The position numbers were made by a program, and so were the translations under genes. DNA of 52,672 nt. It comes from a virus. Where the stretch lies: the IMG/VR virus record IMGVR_UViG_3300045988_182204, one strand, 5' to 3'. The notes beneath the pieces are model-generated. The model saw nothing but the letters and a program-made list of their open reading frames with translations, was not told the origin of the DNA and made no database searches. Shown here piece by piece: positions 1 to 9,320 of this stretch. How positions within the stretch are numbered: position 1 is the first letter of the stretch; every line of letters begins with the position of its first letter.

Positions 1-99
1 ATCCTGTGTGCCCAACTCCAAGCGTTGTAGACCAAATTATGAACGCTGCAAAGGCTGCTCAGGAAAATGCAGAAAAGGCAGCAGGCAGTGCAAAAAAAG
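1..99. repeat. Terminal duplication (contig closure): identical to 52574-52672
   Basis: Direct comparison of the first 99 nt with the last 99 nt shows an exact match. This implies a circular or terminally redundant molecule of 52,573 bp. Confidence 0.95.
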
Positions 100-2195
100 C
101 TGAAGATGCAGCAGCTAGTGTACGGAATGATGCTGATGAAGGGAAATTCAATGGTGAGGATGGGTACAGTCCTAGCGCTAATGTAACTCAGATAGAGAAT
201 GGTGCTATCATCAGCATCAGGGATAAGAGTGGTGAAAGTACTGCAACTGTATACAATGGTAAAGATGGTGCCAAAGGCGACAAGGGCGATACTGGTGATA
301 AAGGAGATACAGGAGCAAAGGGAGACAAAGGGGACAAAGGTTTCAGTCCAACAGCTACAGTCACTCAGCTTGAAAATGGTGCCGAAATCACAATTACAGA
401 TGAAGAAGGAACCACAAAAGCCACTGTGAAGAACGGCACTAAAGGTGATAAAGGTGATCGTGGGTCAGATGGTGTCAGTCCTACAATTTCAGTAGAAGAT
501 ATTGAAAACGGACATCGTGTAACAATTGTTGATGCTACTGGTACAACATCAGTAGACATCTACAATGGTGAAGATGGTACAGACGGAAAGGACGGAGCAC
601 AGGTTGATGACAGCGCCATTGGCGACAAGCCGTGGAGCAGTAAGCACATCATTGATATGCTCTGCCCGCCTCTGGAAGAAAGCGGCAACCCTGTTGTGTG
701 CTACCCTGTGGCGGGATACGCGCTGGGCGTAAAGGCCAGCTGGGAACCCGTGCAGGAAGGCAGCGGAACGCCGTATCCGGCAGGTGGCGGGAAGAACCTC
801 TGGGGTGACCTGATTCAAAACACTTTTGTATCACAACAGGGGTTTTCTTCTGGATATTCCGGTGCAAAGACGACTGGAAAAATCCCATGCTCTGAAGGTG
901 ATGGTTACACACTTTCATGTGCGACTTCTTTTGCCCTTGCGCCTGGAAACATCGGTGTGCTTGCGTACTTTGATGCATCGGATACAATTCTTACGAGAGT
1001 GGCCAACACATATCAGCGCGCATTTACATTGAAGGCTCCGGCTAATGCAGCATATTTGCGGGCAAGCTGTTACAAAGAGACGGATGTGGATAATGTGCAG
1101 CTCGAAAAGGGCTCCACTGCAACAGCCTATGCACCCTACGCAAACATCCGGCCTATCCACGGCAGGGACAGCGTGACGGTTGAACGGTGCGGGGAGAATC
1201 TGCTGCCATTCGGAGAACGTATTGAAAACATTTATACACAGCAGCTTATGACATCCGATGATTTGCTGCTCCTATCAAAGGCTTGCGCTGGGCAGAAATT
1301 AACATTAACTTTTTCCGTAGAAACGAAAAATATTGTTTTTGAGGATGTTGTTGAAGATGAATGGCGAAAAAGGATAGGCTTTGAATGCCACGGAACACTT
1401 GCCGACGGCACAGAAGTATACACGCTGCAGTGCTGGCTTGATAATGCAAACAATGAGCTAACGAAGAATGGGAAAAAGACAAAAACGCTTACTGTAACCA
1501 TGCCAAAGCTAGCAAGCGGGAATCTTACGTTTTATGCGCAAAACATCAAATCTGGCAGTTTTGTGGCATACGACTTTGGAATTTATGCTGGCACCACCGC
1601 CCCGACCACCTACACACCATACAACGGCCAAACCAACACCCTGACCCTGCCTGAAACCGTTTATGGCGGTGAGGTGGACGCGGTGACGGGAGATGGAAAA
1701 GAGACGTGGAAAACGCTGACGCTGGACGGGACGGAAAAGTGGGGCATAGAACAAACCGGAACTCCTGGCAAATTTGGTTTCACATTTCAAGTGCCCGAAA
1801 TAGCAACTCCCGAGAGTCCCGCAATTAAGGGTGATATTGTATGCAGTCAATATCCGGCAGTTACAGCAAATGATACATACCGATGCAAAAACGGAATATC
1901 AGTTGAATCAGACAACCACCACTATTTCAGAATTTACAATGATACATACGCGGGAGGAACAACAGACGAGTGGAAGTCTTATCTTGCCGCCCAGCACGAA
2001 GCAGGAACGCCTGTGCAAGTCTGCTACAAGCTGGCAAAGCCTGTGCCCTTCACTGCGACAGGCGCACAGGCGTTGCCCGCGCTTGCAGGACTGAATACCA
2101 TCCTGACCGATGCCGACAGCGCGACTGTGACGGGAAGAGCAGACCCAATTAAGCGGATTACCGATTTGGAAGATGCAGTAGCATCGCAAACCTGA
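1..2195 (+). CDS. Tail fibre protein with collagen-like repeats (3' part of the junction-spanning gene)
   Basis: G-X-Y runs (GDKGDTGDKGDTGAKGDKGDKG, GTKGDKGDRGSDG, GEDGTDGKDG) alternate with three ~33-aa repeats (SP-x-x-x-V-x-x-IENG...NG-x-DG). A large C-terminal globular part follows. Confidence 0.8.
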   Translation, partial: PVCPTPSVVDQIMNAAKAAQENAEKAAGSAKKAEDAAASVRNDADEGKFNGEDGYSPSANVTQIENGAIISIRDKSGESTATVYNGKDGAKGDKGDTGDKGDTGAKGDKGDKGFSPTATVTQLENGAEITITDEEGTTKATVKNGTKGDKGDRGSDGVSPTISVEDIENGHRVTIVDATGTTSVDIYNGEDGTDGKDGAQVDDSAIGDKPWSSKHIIDMLCPPLEESGNPVVCYPVAGYALGVKASWEPVQEGSGTPYPAGGGKNLWGDLIQNTFVSQQGFSSGYSGAKTTGKIPCSEGDGYTLSCATSFALAPGNIGVLAYFDASDTILTRVANTYQRAFTLKAPANAAYLRASCYKETDVDNVQLEKGSTATAYAPYANIRPIHGRDSVTVERCGENLLPFGERIENIYTQQLMTSDDLLLLSKACAGQKLTLTFSVETKNIVFEDVVEDEWRKRIGFECHGTLADGTEVYTLQCWLDNANNELTKNGKKTKTLTVTMPKLASGNLTFYAQNIKSGSFVAYDFGIYAGTTAPTTYTPYNGQTNTLTLPETVYGGEVDAVTGDGKETWKTLTLDGTEKWGIEQTGTPGKFGFTFQVPEIATPESPAIKGDIVCSQYPAVTANDTYRCKNGISVESDNHHYFRIYNDTYAGGTTDEWKSYLAAQHEAGTPVQVCYKLAKPVPFTATGAQALPALAGLNTILTDADSATVTGRADPIKRITDLEDAVASQT

Positions 2196-2208
2196 AAGGA
2201 GTAATAAA

Positions 2209-2454
2209 ATGGCTATCAAGAGTAAAGCGCGGCACGATTTGACGCTGCGCAGTATCAAGCGGGAAATCGGCGCGGGACGGGACGTTGCGTTCTGGCTGGA
2301 CAAGGCGTACACGCATCTGGACAATGGATTACTGACAGAAGATGACATTGCCGAGGTGGAAGCACTGGCGCAGGAATACTACGATGCGCTGGACGCTGAA
2401 ACGGTGCAGGACGGCAACGCAACAGAAGCAGGTGAACCACATGAAAGTGTATGA
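2209..2454 (+). CDS. Hypothetical protein (81 aa), tail-fibre-associated position
   Basis: ORF with SD AAGGAG upstream; acidic C-terminus; no recognisable motif. Confidence 0.6.
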   Translation: MAIKSKARHDLTLRSIKREIGAGRDVAFWLDKAYTHLDNGLLTEDDIAEVEALAQEYYDALDAETVQDGNATEAGEPHESV

Positions 2455-2881
2455 TGACAAGCTCATGATGGAGCTCAAAGACTATGATCTGACAAAAGGC
2501 CACCTCGAGGATGCACAGATTGTTTCCAAGCATCATCCAGCAACTCCACGAAAATTTCATCTTGAAGTGATGCAGCACGATTCTATCTCTGGTCTTCGGC
2601 ATGAAGTAGAAGATTCTCCTGCTCGGCCAGCTTGGGATGAATATGAGGCAGTGAAAAGATATGTTCCCTATACAGATGAAGAGCTTGCTGCTATTGCAGA
2701 ACGCAAGAAGCAGGAGGAAGAGAATGCCAAAGCTGCTGAGGAAGAACTGAAGAAAGCTCAGGAAGAATATGAGAAGCAAAGCAAGGAAGAGGAAGCTCGT
2801 AGAGAGTTGCTCGATAAGATTGACGCTCAAGTTACCTATACTGCACTGCAGACAAATACATTGTTGCCAAGTGAGGAGTGA
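2443..2881 (+). CDS. Hypothetical coiled-coil protein (145 aa)
   Basis: ATG at 2443 after AGGTGA; Glu/Lys-rich coiled-coil segment (ERKKQEEENAKAAEEELKKAQEEYEKQSKEEEARR). The start is chosen inside track ORF 2342..2881. Confidence 0.55.
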
Positions 2882-2886
2882 TTGCT

Positions 2887-3021
2887 ATGAAAGAGAAAAT
2901 TGCTCGTTGGTATGACAGAGGCTGGTGGTCTGACGAGGCAGTGAAAGATGCTGTCGGAAAGCTCATCACTGCTCAGGACTATGAAGACATCACTGGCAAC
3001 AAGTACAAAGAGGTGAAGTGA
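2887..3021 (+). CDS. XkdX-family small phage protein (44 aa)
   Basis: MKEKIARWYDRGWWSDEAVKDAVGKLITAQDYEDITG matches the XkdX pattern (Y..G.W....V...V..G.IT..DY..ITG) as I remember it. It is below the ORF-track length cutoff. Confidence 0.6.
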   Translation: MKEKIARWYDRGWWSDEAVKDAVGKLITAQDYEDITGNKYKEVK

Positions 3022-3022
3022 C

Positions 3023-3463
3023 ATGGCTGATACAATGATATCTGCAGGTGGTGGGCTGTCAAAAACGAAGTTGGCACTTGCCAATGCTGCAGAATCCGAT
3101 GTGTTATCCGGAAAAAGATTCTATGCAGGAGACAAAATCATCAAAGAAGGGAGGATGCCAAATCGAGGCAGCTGGGAGGCATCGCTCTCCCCTGGAGGCG
3201 TGGTGACCATTCCCTCCGGATTCCACGATGGGAGCGGGAAGGTCACCGCTGTAAGTCTAAAAACAACGACAATTACCCTGGCTGCAAGCTCGATGTACTG
3301 GAGTTACACTTTTACGGGTGGCACGCTGGTCGGCATCTGCGACATCGCAGAAACTGCTTACAACAAGGAAATTGAGTACCTGCATATCAGTGGAAACACC
3401 ATTACCATGAAATGGAGTGGAAATGGTAGCATGTATCGCCAGATAACACTAATTTATTACTGA
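3023..3463 (+). CDS. Hypothetical tail-fibre-associated protein (146 aa)
   Basis: N-terminal ...AAESDVLSGKRFYAGDKIIKEGRMPNRG... resembles small structural proteins that accompany fibres in Firmicute phages; the call rests on position and memory only. Confidence 0.5.
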   Translation: MADTMISAGGGLSKTKLALANAAESDVLSGKRFYAGDKIIKEGRMPNRGSWEASLSPGGVVTIPSGFHDGSGKVTAVSLKTTTITLAASSMYWSYTFTGGTLVGICDIAETAYNKEIEYLHISGNTITMKWSGNGSMYRQITLIYY

Positions 3464-3583
3464 GAGAAGAGATGAAACCATGAAAGAGCCAATTATAATC
3501 AACACCGAGACAGATAAAGATGACTATTTTGTTTAAACTCTACATGGCATACTCAAAGTCTATACCCATGAAGGAACTGCTCT

Positions 3584-4954
3584 ATGCAAATTATAAAAGC
3601 TGTAAATCCTCGATTTGAAGAATTCCTATACGATTGGGACTATCGAACATATCTACTGGTCGGTGGGTATGGCAGTTCGAAGTCCTACCACATTGCATTA
3701 AAACTCATACTAAAATGCCTGACCGAAGTACGAAAAGTGCTTGTTGTGCGTGAAGTGTATGACACAATTCGTGAGTCTTGTTTTGACCTATTTCTTGAGA
3801 TCCTCGAAGATCTGGACATGCTTGGTGAGAGCCCAAGAGAGAAGAACAAGAAGGTTCTCTACAGAACCAGTCCAATGTCCTTATCTTTCCCCAATGGTTC
3901 CAAGATCATCTTCAAGGGTATGGACAAGCCAGCAAAGCTCAAATCCATCAACAACATCTCCATCATCTGGATCGAAGAGTGCTCTGAGCTGAAATATGAT
4001 GGCTACAAAGAGTTGCTTGGTCGTGCACGTCACCCAACACTGAGTATTCACTTCATCCTGAGCACCAACCCTGTTGGCATGGAGAACTGGGTGTACACTC
4101 ACTTCTTCAAGCGAGTTGACAGCGACGGTCAGCAGATTGTCATTCTTGACGATGAGCGCCTATACAAGATGAGAACCATCGTAAAGAATGGGGTCTACTA
4201 CCATCACAGCACTGTAGACGACAACTATTTCATGCCCAAGAGCTACATCAAGACTCTTGATGACATGCGGTCGTATGACCCAGACTTGTATCGAATTGCA
4301 CGTTGGGGACGATTTGGCTTGAATGGTCTTCGTGTATTGCCTCAGTTTGAGGTTGCTGACACCCATGAGGAAGTCATGAATGTTGTCTATGGCACGCCAC
4401 AGCGCTTTTTGTTCAATGGGTTTGACTTCGGTTTTGAGACTTCCTACAACGCAATTGTGCGTATGGCAGTTGACAATGAGAGGAAATACCTTTACATCTA
4501 CGATGAGTATTACAAGAACAGAATGACCGACCCAGAGACAGCCAAGGAGCTGACTGCTCTTGGGTACAAGCCTGAGTGGACTACAGGCACAAATGGTCGG
4601 ATGATACTCACCTATGAGGGTATTCCTTTGGTTGCCGATTGTGCTGAACCCAAGGCAATTCAATATTACAAGAATGAGGGCTTCCAAATTCGTGCTTGTA
4701 ATAAGTATGCTGGCAGTCGTCTTGAGAACACAAGAAAGGTCAAGCGATTCCGCAAGATCATTTGCTCTCCTCGATGCAAAAATACAATTCGTGAGCTTCA
4801 GACTTTGACCTATGCAAAGGACAACAATGGCAATCTCATTTACGATGAGTTCAACATTGACCCACATACGTTCTCTGCCATTTGGTATGGTCTGGACAAC
4901 TACAACGTGGCAAACATCAAGGAGATCAAGAGAGCTACAGTCAAGGGTGGTTAA
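3584..4954 (+). CDS. terL: Terminase large subunit (PBSX / Terminase_3-like)
   Basis: P-loop-like [13 protein letters not shown], Walker-B-like [11 protein letters not shown], 456 aa with a nuclease-like C-terminal half. Confidence 0.9.
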   Translation: MQIIKAVNPRFEEFLYDWDYRTYLLVGGYGSSKSYHIALKLILKCLTEVRKVLVVREVYDTIRESCFDLFLEILEDLDMLGESPREKNKKVLYRTSPMSLSFPNGSKIIFKGMDKPAKLKSINNISIIWIEECSELKYDGYKELLGRARHPTLSIHFILSTNPVGMENWVYTHFFKRVDSDGQQIVILDDERLYKMRTIVKNGVYYHHSTVDDNYFMPKSYIKTLDDMRSYDPDLYRIARWGRFGLNGLRVLPQFEVADTHEEVMNVVYGTPQRFLFNGFDFGFETSYNAIVRMAVDNERKYLYIYDEYYKNRMTDPETAKELTALGYKPEWTTGTNGRMILTYEGIPLVADCAEPKAIQYYKNEGFQIRACNKYAGSRLENTRKVKRFRKIICSPRCKNTIRELQTLTYAKDNNGNLIYDEFNIDPHTFSAIWYGLDNYNVANIKEIKRATVKGG

Positions 4955-4966
4955 AGAAAATAAACC

Positions 4967-4995
4967 TTTACTTTTCGAACAGATAAGAGTATAAT
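4967..4995 (+). promoter_or_regulatory. Promoter (TTTACT-17-TATAAT)
   Basis: AAACCTTTACT...AAGAGTATAAT, upstream of the DUF4417 gene. Confidence 0.55.
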
Positions 4996-5015
4996 GAGGA
5001 TAGAGGTGATGAAAC

Positions 5016-5678
5016 ATGACCAAAGGTGAACGAGACTTCAACAACTTTCTTCTTACACCACTTGATATGCCAATGGAGGGCAAATATCATATGCCCATGA
5101 TCAAAGGCATGGTGATGAAGAATTTCAAGGCACCAGAAAATTTTGTAGAATTTCACAGTGCTACAAAAGTTCCAATGGAAAAGCGCAAAGACACAGTGGT
5201 GCATTTCTTTACACCTGACTTCCTGTTTGAGCGAGTGTGGTACCACCCAAACAAGAATCTGGAGTTCCTTCGGCAGTTCAAAGCTGTATGCAGCCCAAAC
5301 TTCAGTCAGTACACTGATATGCCCGTGGCTATGCAGATCTGGAACAGCTATCGCAGTAAATGGTTATCTGCTTGGTGGCAGATGAACGGTCTGCGTGTTA
5401 TTCCTACTGTGAATTTCAGTGACTCTGACAGTTTTGAGTACACCTTTGATGGGATTCCTCATCAGAGTCTGGTGATCATTTCTAGCCTGGGTGCTGAGAA
5501 AGAAGTTGCTGCTCGAGAAAACTTCTTCAATGGGTATCATAAAATGCTCGAAGTTCTTGATCCGAAGCAGATCCTGTTCTATGGCAACAAACCCCATTGG
5601 CTCGAGGGGAAGGACGCAAATGTGCTTTTCATTGCTCCGGCATACAAAGAAAGATTCGGAAAACTCAAAGAAAATTGA
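5016..5678 (+). CDS. DUF4417-like protein
   Basis: VHFFTPDFLFERVW...AVCSPNFSQYTDMPVAMQIWNSYRSKWLSAWWQMNGLRVIPTVNF matches the DUF4417 signature as I remember it. Confidence 0.65.
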   Translation: MTKGERDFNNFLLTPLDMPMEGKYHMPMIKGMVMKNFKAPENFVEFHSATKVPMEKRKDTVVHFFTPDFLFERVWYHPNKNLEFLRQFKAVCSPNFSQYTDMPVAMQIWNSYRSKWLSAWWQMNGLRVIPTVNFSDSDSFEYTFDGIPHQSLVIISSLGAEKEVAARENFFNGYHKMLEVLDPKQILFYGNKPHWLEGKDANVLFIAPAYKERFGKLKEN

Positions 5679-5687
5679 GAAAACCTC

Positions 5688-5716
5688 TTTACAATTGTTT
5701 GCAATGAGAGTATGAT
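5688..5716 (+). promoter_or_regulatory. Promoter (CTCTTTACA-17-TATGAT)
   Basis: AAAACCTCTTTACA...GAGAGTATGATA; member of the conserved promoter family. Confidence 0.65.
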
Positions 5717-5749
5717 ATAGTCACAATAAAGAAAGCGAGGTACAAATCA

Positions 5750-6004
5750 ATGGGTGGAAGCGGAAGCTCGAGCGGCAAGGGTGGCTCTTCTGGTGGAGCA
5801 GGAAAAATTGCTCTGTCCCAGATTGAAGTCAACAAGAATGAGTACCTATTCTCCTGGGGCAAAAGACCTTCTGGCCGTGGTGACTGGGCATTTGACATTG
5901 GTGGCAAAACATATTTCTTCAATGGAACTTATCCAGAAGCTGCTAAAAAAGCCAAGAAGAAAGCACAAGAAGAAGGACAAAGGCGAATAAAAGTTCTACA
6001 ATAA
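5750..6004 (+). CDS. Small Gly-rich-leader protein, paralogue 1 (84 aa)
   Basis: Starts MGGSGSSSGKGG, sharing its first 12 aa with the next ORF; SD AAGCGAGG; basic C-terminus. Confidence 0.65.
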   Translation: MGGSGSSSGKGGSSGGAGKIALSQIEVNKNEYLFSWGKRPSGRGDWAFDIGGKTYFFNGTYPEAAKKAKKKAQEEGQRRIKVLQ

Positions 6005-6020
6005 TAAGGAGGATACAATC

Positions 6021-6368
6021 ATGGGTGGTTCTGGTTCTAGTTCCGGCAAGGGTGGCGGAGCAGGTGGTGTATCTGCAATGCGTACACGTGCAGAAATTGA
6101 AAATGAAGTCAATAACATTAAATATCGTACATCTAGAGGAGTTTCTAGTGCGGAGTACGATAATGGCAATACATATGTAGAAAGCAGCATTCGCAAAACC
6201 TCTGATGGATATAGAGCGGATGTGTATGCTGATAGTGGGCAAACTCACTATTATAAGACACTGTCTACTCAAGCGAAAGCAAAAAGTTGGGCAAAAGGCA
6301 CTATTTCGGATATTGCTTATGAAGATGAGCGTAAAACGTATGAGATGACTAAAAAGAGAAGAAGGTGA
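6021..6368 (+). CDS. Small Gly-rich-leader protein, paralogue 2 (115 aa)
   Basis: Starts MGGSGSSSGKGG with different codons from paralogue 1; SD AAGGAGG. Confidence 0.65.
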   Translation: MGGSGSSSGKGGGAGGVSAMRTRAEIENEVNNIKYRTSRGVSSAEYDNGNTYVESSIRKTSDGYRADVYADSGQTHYYKTLSTQAKAKSWAKGTISDIAYEDERKTYEMTKKRRR

Positions 6369-6373
6369 TGCAC

Positions 6374-7984
6374 ATGGCGTTGACCAATTTTATCAAGTTG
6401 TCATCTGAGCAAATTCAGACTCTTCAGCGTCAGACTAGCATTCCATACTTCATCTACAATGATGAAATCTCTGGTATCTATGGATCTACACTCCTTGCTG
6501 AGTTGGGCAGTCTCATCAAATACTATGAGATCTATGAAAAGGGAAGCTCTTTTGCGACTGAGGGCAGCAACGGTGACTATACTCCAAGCCAGCTTCGGTA
6601 CAAGAAGATTCATAGCCTGATTGACAAAGAGGCACGATTCCTGTTTGCAAAAACTCCGGACTTCTGGATTGATACTGAGATAGACACTGAGCTGTCTCAG
6701 ACCCAGAAACAGCAGATCAAGCAGGAGCAGACAATTCTACAGAACCTGGTTGATGCAGTCATCAAGGAGAACAAGGTGTCTTCAAAGCTCATTAAAGCTG
6801 CAAAAGACTGCTTCATCGGCAAACGTGTTGCTCTGTTCATCAATTTCAATGAGAATGGCATCAAGATTACATTCAACCCATCTTTGGAGTTTGTTTTTGA
6901 AACAGACCCAGAAGATATTGATGTGATCACTAAACTTGTGTCCTTCTACACTACTGTGGATTCCGCTGACAAAGCCCAGCAGCGTATCTACAAGAAAAAG
7001 TATTACATTGGCGAGGACAAAATGTGTCACATCATAGAGGAGCTCTATGATGGCATGGGCAATGTCGTAGAAACAATCACTCCTGACACAACTACACGGT
7101 TCTCTTACATTCCCGCTTTTGTCATCATCAATGATGGCTTGAGCGGTGATATTCAGGGTGTATCCGAGGTTGATCAGCTGGATGAGTATGAGCAAGCATA
7201 TTCTCGTTTGGCAAATGCTGATCAGGATGCTGAGCGAAAGGGTATGAACCCTGTGCGCTATGCTATTGACATGAACCCAAAGACAACTCAGGGTCTGTCT
7301 ACAGCAGCTGGTGCATTCTGGGATCTAGCATCTGACGATCAGGGTGCTTCAGAGAGGGTTGGTACAGTCGGCGTTTTGTCTGCGCCTATGGAGTACACAA
7401 ATGCTCTGACAACAACCCTTAACCGAATCGAAAACACCATGTACAGTCAGATGGATATGCCCAATACAAGCCCAGAGGCACTTCAGGGTGTTGTATCCAG
7501 TGGCAAAACCCTGAAAGCCATTTATTGGGGTCTGATCGTTCGTTGTGATGAGAAGATGCTAGCTTGGAGACCTGCCTTGGAATCCATGGTGAGAACTATC
7601 ATCGAGGGTGCCAAGCTCTATCCTGAGTTCTGTTCTCGCTACACAAACGGAGAAGCACTTCCTGATATTGAGTACTCTATTCGTGTTGACAATCAGTATC
7701 CACTTCCTGAGGACGAAGCCGAGGAGAAGCAGGTTGATCTGGCTGAGGTGAATGCTCAGACAATGAGCAAGAAAGCCTATATGGTCAAGTGGCGTGGGCT
7801 GACTGATGATGAAGCTCTGGATGAGCTGAAGCAGATCGCCCTCGAACGTCAGCTCCTGGAGGATAGTTTCATGCCCACAGAGCAGATCCAGCCACAGGGT
7901 AAAGAAACTGGTCAGGAGAAAACAGAGTCCTCCACAGATGAGCCAAGCTCTGCTGAGGATGACAATACTCCAGAGGGTGTATAA
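6374..7984 (+). CDS. Portal protein (SPP1 gp6-like)
   Basis: About 536 aa, located between terL and the MuF-like gene, with an acidic C-terminal tail. ATG 6374 has the best spacing from GAAGGTG; the track ORF starts at 6365. Confidence 0.8.
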   Translation: MALTNFIKLSSEQIQTLQRQTSIPYFIYNDEISGIYGSTLLAELGSLIKYYEIYEKGSSFATEGSNGDYTPSQLRYKKIHSLIDKEARFLFAKTPDFWIDTEIDTELSQTQKQQIKQEQTILQNLVDAVIKENKVSSKLIKAAKDCFIGKRVALFINFNENGIKITFNPSLEFVFETDPEDIDVITKLVSFYTTVDSADKAQQRIYKKKYYIGEDKMCHIIEELYDGMGNVVETITPDTTTRFSYIPAFVIINDGLSGDIQGVSEVDQLDEYEQAYSRLANADQDAERKGMNPVRYAIDMNPKTTQGLSTAAGAFWDLASDDQGASERVGTVGVLSAPMEYTNALTTTLNRIENTMYSQMDMPNTSPEALQGVVSSGKTLKAIYWGLIVRCDEKMLAWRPALESMVRTIIEGAKLYPEFCSRYTNGEALPDIEYSIRVDNQYPLPEDEAEEKQVDLAEVNAQTMSKKAYMVKWRGLTDDEALDELKQIALERQLLEDSFMPTEQIQPQGKETGQEKTESSTDEPSSAEDDNTPEGV

Positions 7985-7999
7985 TAAGGAGCCACGACT

Positions 8000-8956
8000 A
8001 TGTCTACCAACTTTGATGCATCAATGAGGAGGGGCATGACTCGTGGCTCCTCTTCTCTTTTGAATCTTAAGAGCGCAGAAGAAGTGCGCTTGAATGTATC
8101 AATCAAGCAACAACGAGAAATTCGAAGTCTATACAAAAAGCTGGCTCAACAAGCACAAGAACAAGCTGAAAAGCTCAAAAGCAAGGATAACATCAGTTCT
8201 GTTCTTAGACAAGAATACCTTAACAAGCTAGCAAATCAGCTCACAGATGCTAGTGATGAAGTTGGCCAAGAGATTGATCGGGTCATTCGGTCGAGCATGA
8301 AGACAACTGCTCAAGGAGTTGTTGATGCCCAAAGAAAGTTTCTGTCTAAGATTGGCATGTTTGGTATTAAGGGTGCGTTCTCTCATGTACCAAATCAGAT
8401 CGTCACAAGCATTGCTACAGGAAACATCTATGATGACAATTGGACTCTCTCTGCAGCAATCTGGGGCATGTCTAAGAAGACCCATAAAGACATTGACAAG
8501 ATCATCGCTGAGGGTGTTGCATTAAACAAAAGTGCTTATGACATAGCCAAGGATCTTGAACGCTATGTCAATCCACTTGCACGAAAAGAATGGGACTGGA
8601 GCAAAGTCTATCCAGGTACAAACAGAGTCATTGATTATAATGCCCAACGATTAGCACGAACACTTGTGTCTCATGCATATCAACAGAGTTTAGAAAGAAC
8701 TTGTGAGAAGAATCCATTTGTCACAGGATATAGGTGGGTGTCTGCAAATTCTGATAGAACTTGTGAGCTCTGTAAAGAGCGGGATGGTCAAATCTATGCA
8801 AAAGGGGATCTGCCACTTGATCATCCAAATGGCCTGTGTACATTCATTGCTGTCATCCCAGACAGCATGACTACAATTTCGGACAGATTAGCTGATTGGG
8901 TAAAAGGAAAATCAGATTCTGCTCTGGATGAATTTGCAAAGTCTTTGAGGAAATAA
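8000..8956 (+). CDS. Head morphogenesis protein (SPP1 gp7 / Mu F-like)
   Basis: C-terminal YRWVSANSDRTCELCKERDGQIY...LPLDHPNGLCTF is the typical Phage_Mu_F motif. Confidence 0.85.
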   Translation: MSTNFDASMRRGMTRGSSSLLNLKSAEEVRLNVSIKQQREIRSLYKKLAQQAQEQAEKLKSKDNISSVLRQEYLNKLANQLTDASDEVGQEIDRVIRSSMKTTAQGVVDAQRKFLSKIGMFGIKGAFSHVPNQIVTSIATGNIYDDNWTLSAAIWGMSKKTHKDIDKIIAEGVALNKSAYDIAKDLERYVNPLARKEWDWSKVYPGTNRVIDYNAQRLARTLVSHAYQQSLERTCEKNPFVTGYRWVSANSDRTCELCKERDGQIYAKGDLPLDHPNGLCTFIAVIPDSMTTISDRLADWVKGKSDSALDEFAKSLRK

Positions 8957-8969
8957 TTTCAAAATACTC

Positions 8970-8998
8970 TTTACATTTCTGTGCAGATGGAGTATAAT
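8970..8998 (+). promoter_or_regulatory. Promoter (CTCTTTACA-17-TATAAT)
   Basis: ATACTCTTTACA...GGAGTATAAT, upstream of the small Cys-rich ORF and scaffold gene. Confidence 0.65.
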
Positions 8999-9026
8999 AA
9001 AATAGAGTCTATTTGGAGGGTGTATT

Positions 9027-9212
9027 ATGAATCAAAGTCGTTGCAAACACGATGACTGCTTCACTTGTCCATATCCTGATTGTATTGCTGGAGTCACTCA
9101 TTTGAAAGGCGAAATGACTCCAAGAGATTATGACGGGAAGAAAGGTGGTTACACTCCAAAGCAAGGCTACAGACAGCCATACTGCTATATGGGACTCAGG
9201 GAAGATCACTGA
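9027..9212 (+). CDS. Small Cys-rich protein (61 aa)
   Basis: CKHDDCFTCPYPDCIAG; SD GGAGGG; lies directly downstream of promoter 8970-8998. Confidence 0.55.
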   Translation: MNQSRCKHDDCFTCPYPDCIAGVTHLKGEMTPRDYDGKKGGYTPKQGYRQPYCYMGLREDH

Positions 9213-9320
9213 TTTCATGCCTTGGCATGTTTTGATGGTTCGGTTCACCAGCTGGGCGAACAGAAATTCAAGCTGGAATTATGCACACCGGATGCACTTT
9301 TCCGGAGATAGGAGATCACA

